A DNA stretch of 64,000 bases from Microbotryum violaceum (GCA_001244265.2 CDLV01000004.1:2852001-2916000); one strand, 5' to 3'; shown: positions 13,500 through 26,700, counted from the first letter of the stretch. A program made the numbers and translations. The notes: generated by a model not told the origin, from the letters alone.

Positions 13500-14669
13500 C
13501 GAAAGGGAACAGGTCGAGATCAGTTACGCCGTGTGTGTATCTCGTGAATACAAGAAGCTGACGAACGACATGGCGGAGCGATCGCGATGAACACTCCTTT
13601 CAGGATCTCCGACTCGTGGTGGTATGAGAGAGCCCAGTCGAGCCCAGTCGAAAAAAGGATGCGGAGCGTTACCGAATTCAAACGGGCTTCGTAAAAGGCA
13701 CAAGTTCGGAAATCGAGTGGGGGGACTCGGATGCGCGCGCTCTAGGCCGATGGGTCGCCGCCGGCCAACGGTCAAAGCCGGTCGGAACCGACACCGGTAG
13801 TACTAGTCTAGCGAGGCGCTTGGGCTAATTTGGGGCTGTTCCAAGTCACGAGTGGTGGTCGTGATGTGTTGAGTGTGTTGCACGATTGGAACGGCGCTCT
13901 TGAACAGGCTGATACGGTGGAGGAGGACCAAAATGCTTGTCCGAGGAAAGGATCGACTTGTCGAATGAGATCGAGCTGAGCAAGGTCGATGCCGAGTTCA
14001 ACGACGACCAAGAAAGAGGAAAAAGGCCAAGAAGCAGATCATAGGTGTCTTTGAGATAATACACCGACTATTGTGAACATGTATTCACTTGTCTAAGGAA
14101 AGTGGTTGCCGGCATGTGGCTGGCAGTGGACATTGCCTCGGGCCTCGGGCCCAGGCCCCGGCTTCAACGTCGGCAAAATTATCCTTCAGTCCCTTCGCGC
14201 GGCATGTTGTCTTTTACTCGCATAGCGCCTACCCCAGAACAACGACCTTACGATCATCACTTACTAGACTCCCAACAATTCGCCGCTTTCCCAAGACAGT
14301 CCGTGACGAGATGATTGTGACTCATCCAAAGTTGGGAGCTTCTGCGGATTCCCCCGACACGGAAATCGCCCGTGGAGCTGGAGCAACGGTTCCCTTCGGG
14401 ATCTTTGAGAGGTGGGTTTAGATCCGCCTGGGTTGGATCTCGGACAAACTTTAGCTCCGAGGGTTCTCCTTTTTTTCGCTGGGCGTGTGTAGTCCTAGAG
14501 GCTCCGGTCGTCGGAGATATTTTGGAGGTCGGACCTAAGGAAACTGGCACCCGAGGCTCGCTGTGCGCGCGATCCAAGGGAAAAGGGAGAGGGGCAAGCG
14601 CGCGTCTTGAAAGGAGAGGGGGACTGCGGTCGTGGGACAAAGTCGGGAAGCGCACTTCAAGTGGATGAC

Positions 14670-16970
14670 ATGGCCAGCGTCAGATCGAGTTTCGAGGGTG
14701 TCCCTTCATCGAACCTCTACCACTGTCCCATCCTAGGAATGATGACCTCGACCCTCGTCGTCTCGGATGCGACGGTAAATCAAGCGCTCACCTCGTTATC
14801 GGCTGCTCTCGACCGCTTGCGAGCATTGACATTCAAGACGCGTGGCCGCGTCAGCAGTGGCGACCATGCGCCCCAGCTCGGACGACCTTGCAGCGACTCT
14901 CTCGTTGTCGCTGGCGCAAGCCAGAATAGCATCGGCTTCGGACTCAGCCCGTCGATCAGTATTAGCTCACTGTCGTCGTTTTCGAGCGGCCCTCCCATCG
15001 TCGAATGGCACGACGTCGCGGCTCAACGATTCGCACGCCTCGCATTGACGACTTTCATCGAGTGGGCGAGCGTCGTGCGCGCTCTTCAGGAAGTGTATAC
15101 TTCCACCGCCAACTCCTCTGACCCTACTGAGCACTCTTCCGATCCTGGGTCCGAGATCAAGATCGCTGGCGAGTACGGCCTCGAATTGGTCTTGCGAGTG
15201 CTCAAGCGCTTCCAACGCTTCGAGTTCGACGATGACAAGGCGGAATGCGTCGAGTGGTGTCAGCGACTGGAGGGGATGATTCAAGCTCAGATGTGAGGGC
15301 TTGATGTCTGCTTCGACAGTCAGAAAGTCTTTTGATGTCTCTTGCTTCTTGCACAGTGTCAAGTGCCAGACCGCCACGGCTCCCCCAGTCGTCAAGGATC
15401 CCACCGTCGCTGCGACGAGCTCGAACGTGAACTCGGAGATGGTCCCAAGCTTCTCCCGACCCGTTCTGTCGAGGAACGCTTCTCCGTGGGTTGCGTGAGC
15501 TGCACAGCGCTGATAAGAGCGACATTAGAGTACAAGCTGATCATCTCCCGCTCAACAGAGCTGAGACTCCCGTCGCAGCAGCTCCAGCCGCGAACCCACT
15601 TTCGATCCAAGACACCGCTCTTAGTCCTCCTGCTCAACTTGCACCACACCAAGCAATCGACTCGTCACCCAGCGTCCGAACAGGAGTTTTAGCCAGCTTG
15701 AGAGCACATGTTGAGGAGGCATCTCAAGCTTCCGATATGATGGCTTCACTCTCACCCGACGATCCGGTTCCCGAGTTGACGAGGCCCAAGAAGCGTTCCG
15801 CTCGAGCTGCGCAACTCGATCAAGTCCAAGTCCTTTCACAACCAGCATTGGCCTTTGAAGCCAAAAAAGAGCCAAGGATTGAGACCACAACTTTGAATGA
15901 CCGTGGATCATCTCGTCATGCAAGGAACGTCTCCCACTCGAGTACCAAGTCCGCGAGCCCCGGCCTATCGTCGCCGACTTCTTCGAGCAGCATGATGACC
16001 AAGCAATCCGCCGAATTCCCCGTTGGGTCCGTCGTACTCGCCAAAGGACTTGAAGGTGGAGAAGCGTCAGGTTGGACTCCAGCAGTGGTGCGTGATAACC
16101 TTTTATCAAGTTGTTTCGAGCTGGTTCTACGCTGAAAGCTGAATACGATTCGGTACACGTGCAGGTGTTTGACGGCGCGACGGCCCCTGTCGAACAAGCT
16201 GAGATTCTGGGAAAACGCAATTTCGCTTCGTTGCTCGTCTCTGTTCTGGGAGGTGATACTTGGTCAGTTGTGATGGTATTTATTTAATCTGAACTGTTCT
16301 GATACGACGTATATTGACGTGCGGGCACTCATTCAACGTCTTCAACGTGAGCGCAGGCACTGGATCCCCGCCTCGCGCCTCAAGCCCCCCAGCCCCGCCC
16401 ACATCTCTCGTCTGATCAAAGACCTCGAACAACGCCTTTCCCGAACCAAAAAGATCGACAAGATTCAGATCCAACACCTCAATGCGCAAGTAATTGAGTT
16501 GAAATTAGCGATGGATGAGAGGGGTGTACAGAAGTGGGTGGAGGCGAGGATCAAAGGGGGTGAGGAGTGGGAGAGGGGGAGGAAGGATGCGGCGGTTTGG
16601 TTGACGGGTGGGGAGCCAGGGGAAGAGAGTCAGAGTGCTGAGGTGAGTCTGACTTCATGGGGATAAGAGCGAGTGGGATAAGCGCATGCGCGTCGTGGGC
16701 TAGCGCTGATAGGGGGTTTTTGGGATTGCAGAGGACTGAAGTGTGCACGTGTCGCAAGAACTGGCAAGAAGAGGCGAGTGAATGTAGTCCTACAGTTTTA
16801 TCGAACTCGCTGATACTCACAGTAGCATCAACCTACATCATTAGGAGCTGATCGGCTGCGAGAGCGGCGCAGCATGCAAAGGCTACGAATGGTATCACGC
16901 CTCTTGCGTCGGCCTCGATCCCGATAACATTCCGGACAAGTATTACTGTGAGGCTTGTTCGAGGGGATAA
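14670..16970 (+). CDS. Chromatin-reader protein with a PWWP/Tudor-like domain and a C-terminal ING-type PHD finger, multi-exon
   Basis: PWWP-like segment FPVGSVVLAK..GWTPAVV..HWIPASRLKP. Spliced exons 16732-16773 and 16845-16970 give CTCRKNWQEEELIGCESGAACKGYEWYHASCVGL..YYCEAC*, a C4HC3 PHD. The 5' exon structure is uncertain. Confidence 0.72.
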
Positions 16971-17574
16971 AGATGGGGTTTCGCTGTTGTCATGGTGGTT
17001 TTGGGTAAGGCCTGTCAGATAGTTAGTATCCCTGTGTTCGTTTCTTTGCATGACTCTTGCTGAGTTTGCAGTTGCGAGATGTGAGCGACTCCTTGTAGCA
17101 AAATTTAGCTTCAATTCTATGATGTTTTCCACCAGCCTCATATATCTCCTTCACTTCGATATAGTATGATATCCAGGTTGAGCACCCGAGAAAGTTTTCC
17201 GCATTTCGAGGCTCGGGACTTGAAGCTCGGCGGCTCCGACCCTCCGAACTGGGTCCACGCGCGGTGGCCGAGACCGAATTCATTACCGAGCTGCCGAAAG
17301 GAACCACCGACTGCAACTCGCTCCAGAGTCCAGACCCCCCTTTTCCCTCAGCCTCAGTTTATCAGATCACCTCTACCCACCTTTATTCACCTTCTTTACT
17401 TGACCCACGCTCGTTCAACACATTCTACGACCCTTCGCGCCCTGGTACTCTCGCTTCAAACGCTCGGCGTTTCGGACACGCTGCGAATCATCAAACACAC
17501 GCGACGACGCGCTCGTTCCAGACGCCACGCGAGGTGACCCTGTTTTAAAAATCTCCCACTTCACGTCACCGACG

Positions 17575-19499
17575 ATGAAAGTTGACTCGATGAAGAAACG
17601 AAGGACCCTCAAGGAGAGTGATTACGATGAGAGAGGCTCTTTGGAAGATGTACGTCCCGTTTCTTCTCGCATGGGTCACGTGGAACTTGAAAGGAGAGCT
17701 TGGTTCGCCGAGTGCACTGCAGTGCGGCCCTGCGTATTGACGATGGTGCACCTTCTTAGTCCACAGCGATCCCAAACCTCGAATCCGAGGAGATCAAGCT
17801 CGCACAAACTCAGTAGTACAACGACCAAAGATGACCCACAAGCTCCTTCCAAAACCGACGGCCCTGGGTCAGCCTCCCCAGGCTCAGACTCAGGCTCGGG
17901 TTCGCCGAGCCAGGCCGTCCCAACGGCCTACGTAAATGTGAATTCGAGCGTGCCCTTGGAGAATGGGACGACGATCGTACAAGGGCCGGTGACGATTGTA
18001 GTGATTGTTAACAACAGTGGGTTAGGCCGGGCCTCAGTATTCAGTGTGGGAAGAACTGTGGGCTGAGGAAGGCAGTGCCCCTTTACACAGATCCTTCATC
18101 GACGTCGACTCCTCCTTCCGGAACGTCGACTCCTTCCGGGTCGACACCCCTCAACTCGACGGTGATCAACACGACCTCCACGACTGAAATCCCTACAGCT
18201 CCTTCACCAGCTCCCACCCTACCTACCACACCCAACCCCAACCCGACCTCTTCCGATCCTACCACATTCACTTCCTCCAACTCCCCTCTCGTCGCTCCTA
18301 ATCCCCTCTCCTCATCGTCGTCGAAACATCTTTCGCATGGCGATATCGCCGGAATCATCGTTGGGAGTTTGGTCGGATTGGGTTTGTTGGTGCTGTTAGT
18401 CTTATGGGCTTGGAAGAAGTATACGGGTTCGAGGAGGGGTGGCGTTTATGAGCATAGTGAGTTATGCACACGAAGCTGTCCCTCGTCAAACCGCCGAAGG
18501 AAAAAACTGACCCTCCCTGTTCCTAAAAGTGATGGCTCCTACCCGACCCAACCCTTATGACCAAATAGACCTCCTCCTCCTCCTCCTCCTCCTCCTCCTC
18601 CTCCTCCTCCTCCTCCTCCTCCTCCTCCTCCTCCTCCTCCTCCTCCTCCTCCTCCTCCTCCTCCTCCTCTCCTCCTCCTCCTCCTCCTCCTCCTCCTCCT
18701 CCTCCTCCTCCTCCTCCTCCTCCTCCTCCTCCTCCTCCTCGTCGTCGAAACATCTTTCGCATGGCGATATCGCCGGAATCATCGTTGGGAGTTTGGTCGG
18801 ATTGGGTTTGTTGGTGCTGTTAGTCTTATGGGCTTGGAAGAAGTATACGGGTTCGAGGAGGGGTGGCGTTTATGAGCATAGTGAGTTATGCACACGAAGC
18901 TGTCCCTCGTCAAACCGCCGAAGGAAAAAACTGACCCTCCCTGTTCCTAAAAGTGATGGCTCCTACCCGACCCAACCCTTATGACCAAATAGACCCCACT
19001 TCATCCGGATACGGAGCTCGCACCCAAGCAAGAACTCAAGGGTCTCCTTCTTCCCTCCGGAATTCAGTCCGACCAGGCTCGCCTCATACGAGACATGTGA
19101 CGAGGAGAAGTAGTGCAGTGAGGTTCGGAAGTCAGGGTACCGGGGGGGAGGGGGGGGGGGGGTGGTGCGGGTGCGGGAGATGGGAGGGCTGAGGAGGAGG
19201 AGGAGGAGGAGGAGGAGGAGGAGGAGGAGGAGGAGGAGGAGGAGGAGGAGGAGGAGGAGGAGGAGGAGGAGGAGGAGGAGGAGGAGGAGGAGGAGGAGGA
19301 GGAGGAGGAGGAGGAGGAGGAGGAGGAGGAGGAGGAGGAGGAGGAGGAGGAGGAGGAGGAGGAGGAGGAGGAGGAGGAGGAGGAGGAGGAGGAGGAGGAG
19401 GAGGAGGAGGAGGAGGAGGAGGAGGAGGAGGAGGAGGAGGAGGAGGAGGAGGAAGAGGAGGAAGAAGAAGACAGGGACATGATATGGGTGGGCCTATGA
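17575..19499 (+). CDS. Ser/Thr/Pro-rich single-pass membrane protein (Mid2/Wsc-sensor-like architecture); 3' structure unreliable
   Basis: S/T/P-rich ectodomain followed by LSHGDIAGIIVGSLVGLGLLVLLVLWAWKK. The TM exon is duplicated and flanked by microsatellites, so the end is uncertain. Confidence 0.5.
18316..18994. repeat. Exact ~255-bp direct duplication (about 18316-18571 and 18740-18994) separated by a ~170-bp (CCT)n tract
   Basis: The sequence GTCGTCGAAACATC...CCAAATAGACC occurs twice. (CCT)n runs 18570-18740. Confidence 0.95.
19191..19469. repeat. (GAG)n microsatellite, ~270 bp, preceded by a poly-G run at 19142-19162
   Basis: Directly visible in the sequence. Confidence 0.98.
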
Positions 19500-19682
19500 T
19501 GGGACAATATCGCTAGGTCTCCTGCGAAGAAACTCGTCAGTGTTCGCGATTGAGTTTTCTCTTTCTTACCGGGGAGTGGGCGGGCAGTCAGTTTGGATTG
19601 GTGGCTTGGGTTATACCCCTATATTTGGCATACCATATCATAATTCATCAATATTGATCTACGATCGAATTGCGAGAGGCTG

Positions 19683-20060
19683 CTAGACGTATTTCAGCGT
19701 GCCTTCGTACTTTGAACTGTCAATGCAATCGAAACACACCTCGCTGCTGTGTTTGATGTTGCGGTGAAGATAGGGACTGACCCTACTGACGACGGGGAGA
19801 GGAAGCTTCAGCGTACGGTTCCCTTTGCCTCCGAGGAGGTTCTCCATGAAGAAACCCACGGCAACTTTCCCCGTCAAGTCGAGAAAGGTGATTCCCATCA
19901 ACCCGTCGATAGCCAAATTTTCATTAACGGGGACCGTCCTGTTCTTGGCGAGGTCGAGGTCTTATGTTGATGTAAACGGGTCCCTTTGTCGCCCGAATGC
20001 CGCAACTCCTCGAACCGGTGGGGCGCTGAGTGGATCATTTCAGAAATTCGTGCGAAGGAG
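19683..20060 (-). pseudogene. Degenerate pepsin-like aspartic protease fragment, paralog of the adjacent gene
   Basis: IDGLMGITF..FMENL..LPLPV..EVCFDCIDSSKYEGTLKYV* aligns with IDGVMGLAF..FMENL..LPLPV..EMCIGCIDDSMFKGKLNYL of the 20194-21138 ORF. It ends in a premature stop. Confidence 0.75.
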
Positions 20061-20213
20061 CACTGGGCGATGCGATAAAGAAAATGAGATAATACTATGA
20101 GAGCTTTTTGTAAGTAGGATCCAAGCCTGTAATACGATAAAAAGTCACCAGGACGCTGAATAAGACCAATAAGTTGCAGAACTGGAGGCAAGGCTATCCA
20201 CCGCGAGTCGAGC

Positions 20214-21099
20214 TCATGATACATGATCCCTCAAAGGCGCGATCCCAACCGAAGCTTGACCGTGTTTCGAATAATTGAAGACCGAATAAACCGTCTTGAG
20301 GAATGATTCCCCTAGGATAGCCATCGATTCTCCTTCTGAGTTTTTGAAATCGATCATCGGCGAAAATGCCGAACGTGCACTGGCCCGGATGGGCTTCATC
20401 ATAGATACCCATTTGAAGATCGACCAACGGGATCTTATACGTTTGACCACTAAACGAGAGACCGAAAGACCCCATTGAGTGCGCGTTGCACGGCATCGTA
20501 ACGGTCCCGTCGGAGCGAAGCTTGCTGCTGCCAGGCAGGTGCTTGAGGAGATGTTGCGCGACCAGGGTGGGGACTTTAACCAACGCTGATCCCGTATCGA
20601 ACGCGGCGAGCATCTTGGTCCCTTTGATCAAGGTAATTCCGATGACCATGCCGTCGCATTGGACTTGCCATAGCTCTGTCTCCTTCACAGGGAGATAGTT
20701 CAACTTGCCTTTGAACATGGAATCGTCGATGCATCCGATACACATCTCACCTCCGGTTGTGTGACCCCGTTGAAGGTGGAAACTTGCGACAGGAAGGGGA
20801 AGAAAATGATCACCTTTTATAAGGTTCTCCATGAATGAGGTGACATCCATGCTTGAATTAGCGGGGAAAGCGAGACCCATCACACCGTCGATCTTGAACC
20901 CATCGAGCACGGCAAGGGTTTTCTTCGCGACTCCGAATTGTTGGTCGGGAATGACGTAGCCCCCGACGGACACCCTGTCTGATACCGAGATGCCTTTGAG
21001 AGTTCCGGAACCGTAGACCACGCCCCATTTGTTAGGATGCACGCTCTGGGCGAAAGTGCGAGACTTTTGAGCGTCAAATTTGGTGTGCGGGTGTTTTGT
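20214..21099 (-). pseudogene. Pepsin-family (A1) aspartic protease, 5'-truncated and frameshifted
   Basis: YGSG flap, DGVMGLAF, second-lobe FDTGS, and ILGESFLKTVYSVF in a shifted frame (frameshift near 20350). The first DTG motif and the signal/pro region are absent because the gene is cut near 21100. Confidence 0.85.
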
Positions 21100-21943
21100 C
21101 ACGGGGGAAGTTAGCATTGGCCCACGGCAAGTTAGCAAAGGCGCGTGTGAGCGCGTGTGCTAACGGCGGGACGGTCGTACGAGAGACTCTCTCCCTCGGC
21201 TCATTCGCCTGCTTTCGACTCATATACATGAGCCATCCCAATGTTGGGTTCCCAACCGAATCGACATGGCTGCGTGATGTAACCTCGCCATTCGATCACC
21301 GTCATTCATCCAGCCCGGTGCCGAATGATCAAGACGATGGAGACGCGATGGCGATCGACGAGGACTCGACTTCTATTGAAGACGGATCTGAAGATGACGC
21401 AGCGTCTTGGGATAAAACACGTCTCGACAATTTCACGACTTCAACCATATCCTCAAAACCACTGAGTCGGCGATCAGTTGAACAGTCATTGAGCGACCAA
21501 GGACCACCGAAGCGGGCGCGAGGTCGTCCAGCCCTATCGGAGCAACAGAAGGCTGCAAGAGATGAAATGGACAAGAAGAAAAAGCAAGCGTTGAGAGAAG
21601 CGAAGGAAGCTCAGAGAGATCTGCAGAGAGAGGCACAGCGAGTCAAAGTTCAGGCCGAGAAGGAGCGGCTTGAAGCCAAAGCCGAAACGGAACGCCAAGC
21701 TGCCGTCCTCCGGCAAGACGCACGTATGCAGGTGAGTTCAACCCGCTCAAGCCTGGCGATCGTTCCCACGTGCTGTTCGCTGTGCTGATATTCGTGATCT
21801 ATACCACTGCGAATAGAACCCGTCTGATAGAGAGTACACCGTGAGTGCACATCCCGGAGCTATGCCTTCGCGATTCGCTTAATCTCGCTTGATCTCGCCG
21901 ATTGAACTCTAAGTACAATTAATGCTCAAACACTATAGAAACA
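21100..21943 (+). mobile_element. Probable end of an unclassified DNA transposon with the first exon of a gene (RGRP AT-hook-like motif plus coiled coil)
   Basis: Begins CACGGGGGAAGTTAGCA where the protease stops. CACGG..AAGTTAGCA is repeated. The ORF from ATG 21228 contains KRARGRP and ends at a GTGAGT donor at 21732. Confidence 0.4.
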
Positions 21944-24900
21944 CCAGTGGGAACCCGTTAAATTAACGGGAGGATGAAAATTAAATAGCAGAATCGAACG
22001 GTATACTGTACATGAACTAAGCAGATGTTACAGTGAGATTCAAATAGCAGGATTATTAAACGGTTTACATTATCTCAGGGAAGGTAAAACACACAATACA
22101 AAGGACAGCATCAAAACTACTCTCCATTCATTGCCTTGAGAACAGCGCGGAATACTGGGTTTGGGGTCGCAGTGGCTGCGGCTGCCGCTCGATCAACGGC
22201 TTGTAGGTCGTCGTCATCATCGGCGGGGTCTCGAGAAGGCAGTAGCACCTTGATTCGATCAACACTCATGGCTCGAGACAATGCCACATACATCTGCCCA
22301 TGAGTGAAGACGGGATGTAGGGAGAGATCGACACCAACACGATCGAGTGATTGACCTTGGGCTTTGTTGATCGTCATGGTCAAGGCAACTCGAAGCGGGA
22401 ACTGGAGCCGTCGCATAGTGAAACCAAGTTGGCGACTGCTAGTCGCATTTGTCTCAAGTCGCACGCGAGGGATGAAGACCGTGGTGCCCGCTCGATCTCC
22501 GATCAAGATGATGGCTTGAATGACTCTCGATCTTGCGTGCGACACGATCAGGCGGGTACCGTTGCAGAGGCCCGCGTCTGGGTCCAAATTGCGAAGAAGA
22601 ACGACGGGGATCCCTTCCTTGAAACGCAAGTGATGCGCGGGGAAGTTGGATGGGTTGATTGAATGTAGATACTCTGGCGAAATCAGTTCAGGCGCCATTC
22701 CACCCCCAGTTTCGCCTGCCTCAACGACCTCGTCTGCGCTGCGATACTCGATGTAGTCGCCATTGAACTCTTCCAGCAGCTTGGCATTGATGCGATCGAC
22801 CGTTGCATTATGCGGAGCTAGGATTGCCTGACGTGAGAACAGCTGAATCAGGTCTTCGAGGGACTCCTTGTTCACGGTCCTTAAACCGGGGTAGACAAAG
22901 TTGATCAACCCTTCGGCCGTTCTTTGACCGTCCGGAAGCAGCAGGTAATCAGGCAGCTGCGAAACGGATAGAAGGGGTCTTAGTGTCGGTTGCTTGGATA
23001 AAAGAGGGGAGCCAAACGTACTGCAATCTTGTCGTATGGGTGCATGTTGGCAGTTCCATCTCCCACAGTGAGTAGCCATTCCGCAAAGTCGCGCGTTCGA
23101 GCCAATTGAGCCTCGTCCATCGCATCAGCGTTCGAGCTGAGACGCATGTTCTCGGTAAGTCGCAAGACACGAACGTCGCGCCAGAAGTCTGCCTTGATGA
23201 GGGATGCATCGACGATTTGACCGGGAGTTCCTTTGGGAACGACAGGAAGGCACGGGCGAAAGTCCCCTACAAATTGGAAACCTCATTAGCATGCCGCTGT
23301 TCAGAGCGGAGGCGGAAGAGCCCAACTGACCCGCAAAGATTGTTGTCACCCCGCCGAAGTGCTCCTCGGTCTCTCGGAGATCATGCAGTAAACGGTCGAC
23401 CGCTTCGACCGCGAATCGATGCGCCATTGGTGCTTCATCCCAAATGATAAGCTTGGTGGTACGCAGCATCAGCGCGAGATCACTCTCCCTGTCGACTGGA
23501 CACCTCGAGGTTGGCAAGGTGTCGAGTGGGATTCGAAAAGTCGAATGCGCTGTTGTCCTCCCTTGAGAAGCAACGCCGCTACTCCGGACGACGCCACCGC
23601 AATCGCTTGGTCGCCTCGAGCTCGCACAGTATCGAGAAGGGCATTTTCCACAAAAGTCTTGCCAGTACCCCCAGGTGCTAGCAGGAAAAACACATGCTGC
23701 GGCCCAAGGTTGTTGTCGCGCATCTGATTGACGACGTCGAGCTCGACCGCGCGAAGAAACTCGTCAAATGCAATTCGTTGGTCGTGATTCAGACGGGCAC
23801 GCGCCGCTTCGGAATCTTGCGCACATTGCTGGCGATCAAAACGCGGAAGGCGTTCCTCGAGACGATCAAATAGCCGCACTTCGTCCTCGGTCAGCTCGGG
23901 AAGATCAAAGAAGGCCAAAGTTTGATCGTTTGCCGCAAGGAGGAGACGAATCTTGTTGAGCGTCCACAGGCGGATGGTTTGATCGTTGATGGGCACGTCT
24001 TCATAGCGTTCGATGTGATAACGGGCATCGTCACTAAGGGAAGCGAAGTGACGATCCAGCAAAGCTGGCGGGTTGGCAACCGTCGCATGGATAAGCATGA
24101 ACACGAACAATCGGCGTAGTTGGTCACCGGTCTTAATCTGCGCAGCTTCCCCAAGACAGATGTGATGCTCACCATCGTCGGCGAGAAGTCCGCGAGCGGC
24201 GCAAGCGGCGCGGTACGAAGGATACACGGCGTCTTCAAACTTGAGCAGATCCGCAAACGACGTGGGACCCATGACAACCTCGAGAAGCAGTCTGAGGTAA
24301 AAGCGCTCCCCACTACGCAGTGAAACGGGGTAGATCTCGTCCGATGACATTGCGATCACGAACTCGGCGCTTCCAGCGCAGCTTCTCCTTATTCCAGGAG
24401 TAGTAGCGGGGAGCATTCGTGTACATCAACGTGGCAGTAAGCTCGCCGTCGGGAGCCGCGGCGCACAGGTCGAAGAAGCCGGTCAATTTGGAGCGAGTGG
24501 GCGGAGTGTCGAGGGGTAGCGGTTCGTCGGGATTGATCTGCACAGATTGTTGATGCTCCAGATGGACCGGTAATCGATTGACAGGTGGCCACACTCTACC
24601 GGTCGAGAATCCGAATAGGCGGTGGACCGCCTCTGGAGCACTGATGTAGCGACCTTCGACGAACTCGTTGATCTCATCTCGAACCGGTTCCTCCTCGTGA
24701 GCCCCTTCACCGTTCGCTGCCCGCTCAACACGCGCCACAGCTCAATCCGGACCTTTGTACACATACTTGAAGAGGTACTTGATCGCGCCGATCGTCGTCA
24801 CAGCCTCGACGTTGATATGCGCGTTGTACTTGGCGGAGAGATAAGGCGAGTACGGCACGCAGTCACCATCGTTGTAGATGACACCCCCCTTGACGACGGC

Positions 24901-26700
24901 GTGGCGAAAGCGTCGGCGATACAATGGGTAGCCATCAGGGTGCATGCGGGTGTGGGGGTTCTGTTCGCGAGGAAAATGGTGCTTGCACCTCGGGTTACCG
25001 TACTTGTCCTTCTCCATGCAGGGCTGAGTCAAATTTCCGCCACACTTGCCATGCAGCATGTGCCTTGTGACGGTCTCGTGGAGATCAGGATAGCGCGAAG
25101 GATCGGGTATCTCGGCTGAGATCATCTTGTCGATCGCTTCCGTCGACAAAGGATGATCATCCGGAGCGAGGGTGATGAGGATATGGGCATGCGGCAGGCC
25201 CCGTTTTTGGTACTCGATGACGTGTGTATGCGTTAGAACGACGCCGAAACAGCCCGCACGTTGCTTGTTGCCAAAAACATCGTCGCAGAGTCGGTTCAAC
25301 TTGGCTTGAAACACTCGCGCGATGAGGTCCGGACGGTTGGTTGCTTGATCGTTCGGCCGAGTGCAGCCTTGATTTCCGGCCATTCGGGTTGCACGTCACC
25401 GTGATGAATAGCGAAGGCTTTCCATATTTGACGACGCACGCCATCGCATCTTGGTAACGCTGTGTGACCTCCCGCGGGCTATTCTTGAACGTCGACCCCA
25501 ATATCACCGAACGTCCGATTTGATCCGAGGTCAAACCGTTGGCAACGGCGTCGGTGATGCCCTGCGCCGTGGTGAGGCGCAAGTTTTCTTGATGAAAGCG
25601 GATATAGTTAAGTCGATCGGTCTCCACTTGGGAGTATCCGTCGATTACAAACTCAAGGAAGAGACGCTGGTGGCATGTGGGATTGAGAAGTAGGTGTCGC
25701 GTTCGTGCAAGTAGTAGGCCAGATATTGAGAACGCGAGACTCGGGTTGATCCACCTCGACCCCTTTTGCTTGATCTTCGTCCTAGATTTTCGAACACCTC
25801 ATGTCAGTCTCAGGGTGCGTCTCAACAGAGAGGTATGTGAGAATGAGCCGAAGATGCTTAGCTTACGTTCACCATCACCATTCTCATCGTCCTCCTCGTC
25901 ATCTTCATCTTCATCGTCCTCCTCTTCGTCTTCTTCATCTGGACCAAGGCCGGCAAGTAGCTCGCGCAATTGGACACCATTGTCAATCTGCTCTCGGTTT
26001 CTGGCGATGGGCGGCCCAGCTTGGTTGAAACCGCAAAGAGGAATGTTGGGGTGGAAGCCATCTTCCCCGCGGGGAAGAGTAGTGGGTACCGGAGAGGCAT
26101 CGCAGACGGATGGAGCGAGCTAACGGTTTGGTACTTGGGCCGACCATCGGGACATCGATCACCGTGCACCTGGAGAATAAGGTCTTGCGGTCCACGATCT
26201 CCGGTGTTGGTGTCGGAACCGCAGATAAGCATCGCCATTTCCGTGCTCGACGTAGGAGGGTTGTGGGTGCGTCGGTCCCGGCCTGGCGGGAGGCAGAGGC
26301 GCAGGATCCACTCTTTGGCCGTATCCCAACCTGCGCGAGCTTTGGCCGATGCGAACTCCCTCACAAAGTGATTCTTGGTACGCAACATGGACTCGAGCTT
26401 GGTCAAAGTAGATCGTTGCATGTGACTGTCTGCGCCGTCGGGTCCAAGTCGAGTGTCGGTGGCCTCGGCCGGGTTGATCAGCCATGTTTGAGCAAAGGCT
26501 GGGCATTGATTCACGGCAGGGATCAGGGTGCCGAGTCGATGGTAGAGGCGACCAAACACGCGAAACACGGTGGCTCCTAGTTCCCAGTGCTGAGCCTTGC
26601 AGTGGGTGCACACGGCCGTCTGCGGGCCGAGGTCGTCGCGGATCGAAACGTGGGGCTTGAGGGGTTTGAGCGCGATTCGAGCCCGGCGCACTCGCCTTTG
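21944..26700 (-). mobile_element. Helitron with frameshifted Rep/PIF1 helicase gene; 3' end intact, 5' end lost
   Basis: Rep motifs LFITVTCNP, VIEYQKRGLPHAHIL and KYLFKYVYKG. PIF1 motifs APGGTGKT, IIWDEAPM, LTENMR, QFPL..TINKAQGQSL and HGQMYVALSR (coding about 22117-26691). Hairpin CCCGTTAA-A-TTAACGGG at 21954-21970, then a 6-nt spacer and CTGG|T at 21947-21944. Confidence 0.93.

Noticed and set aside
18523-19507. Poly-E/G/L/R/S ORFs
   Set aside because: They are translations of the (CCT)n and (GAG)n microsatellites.
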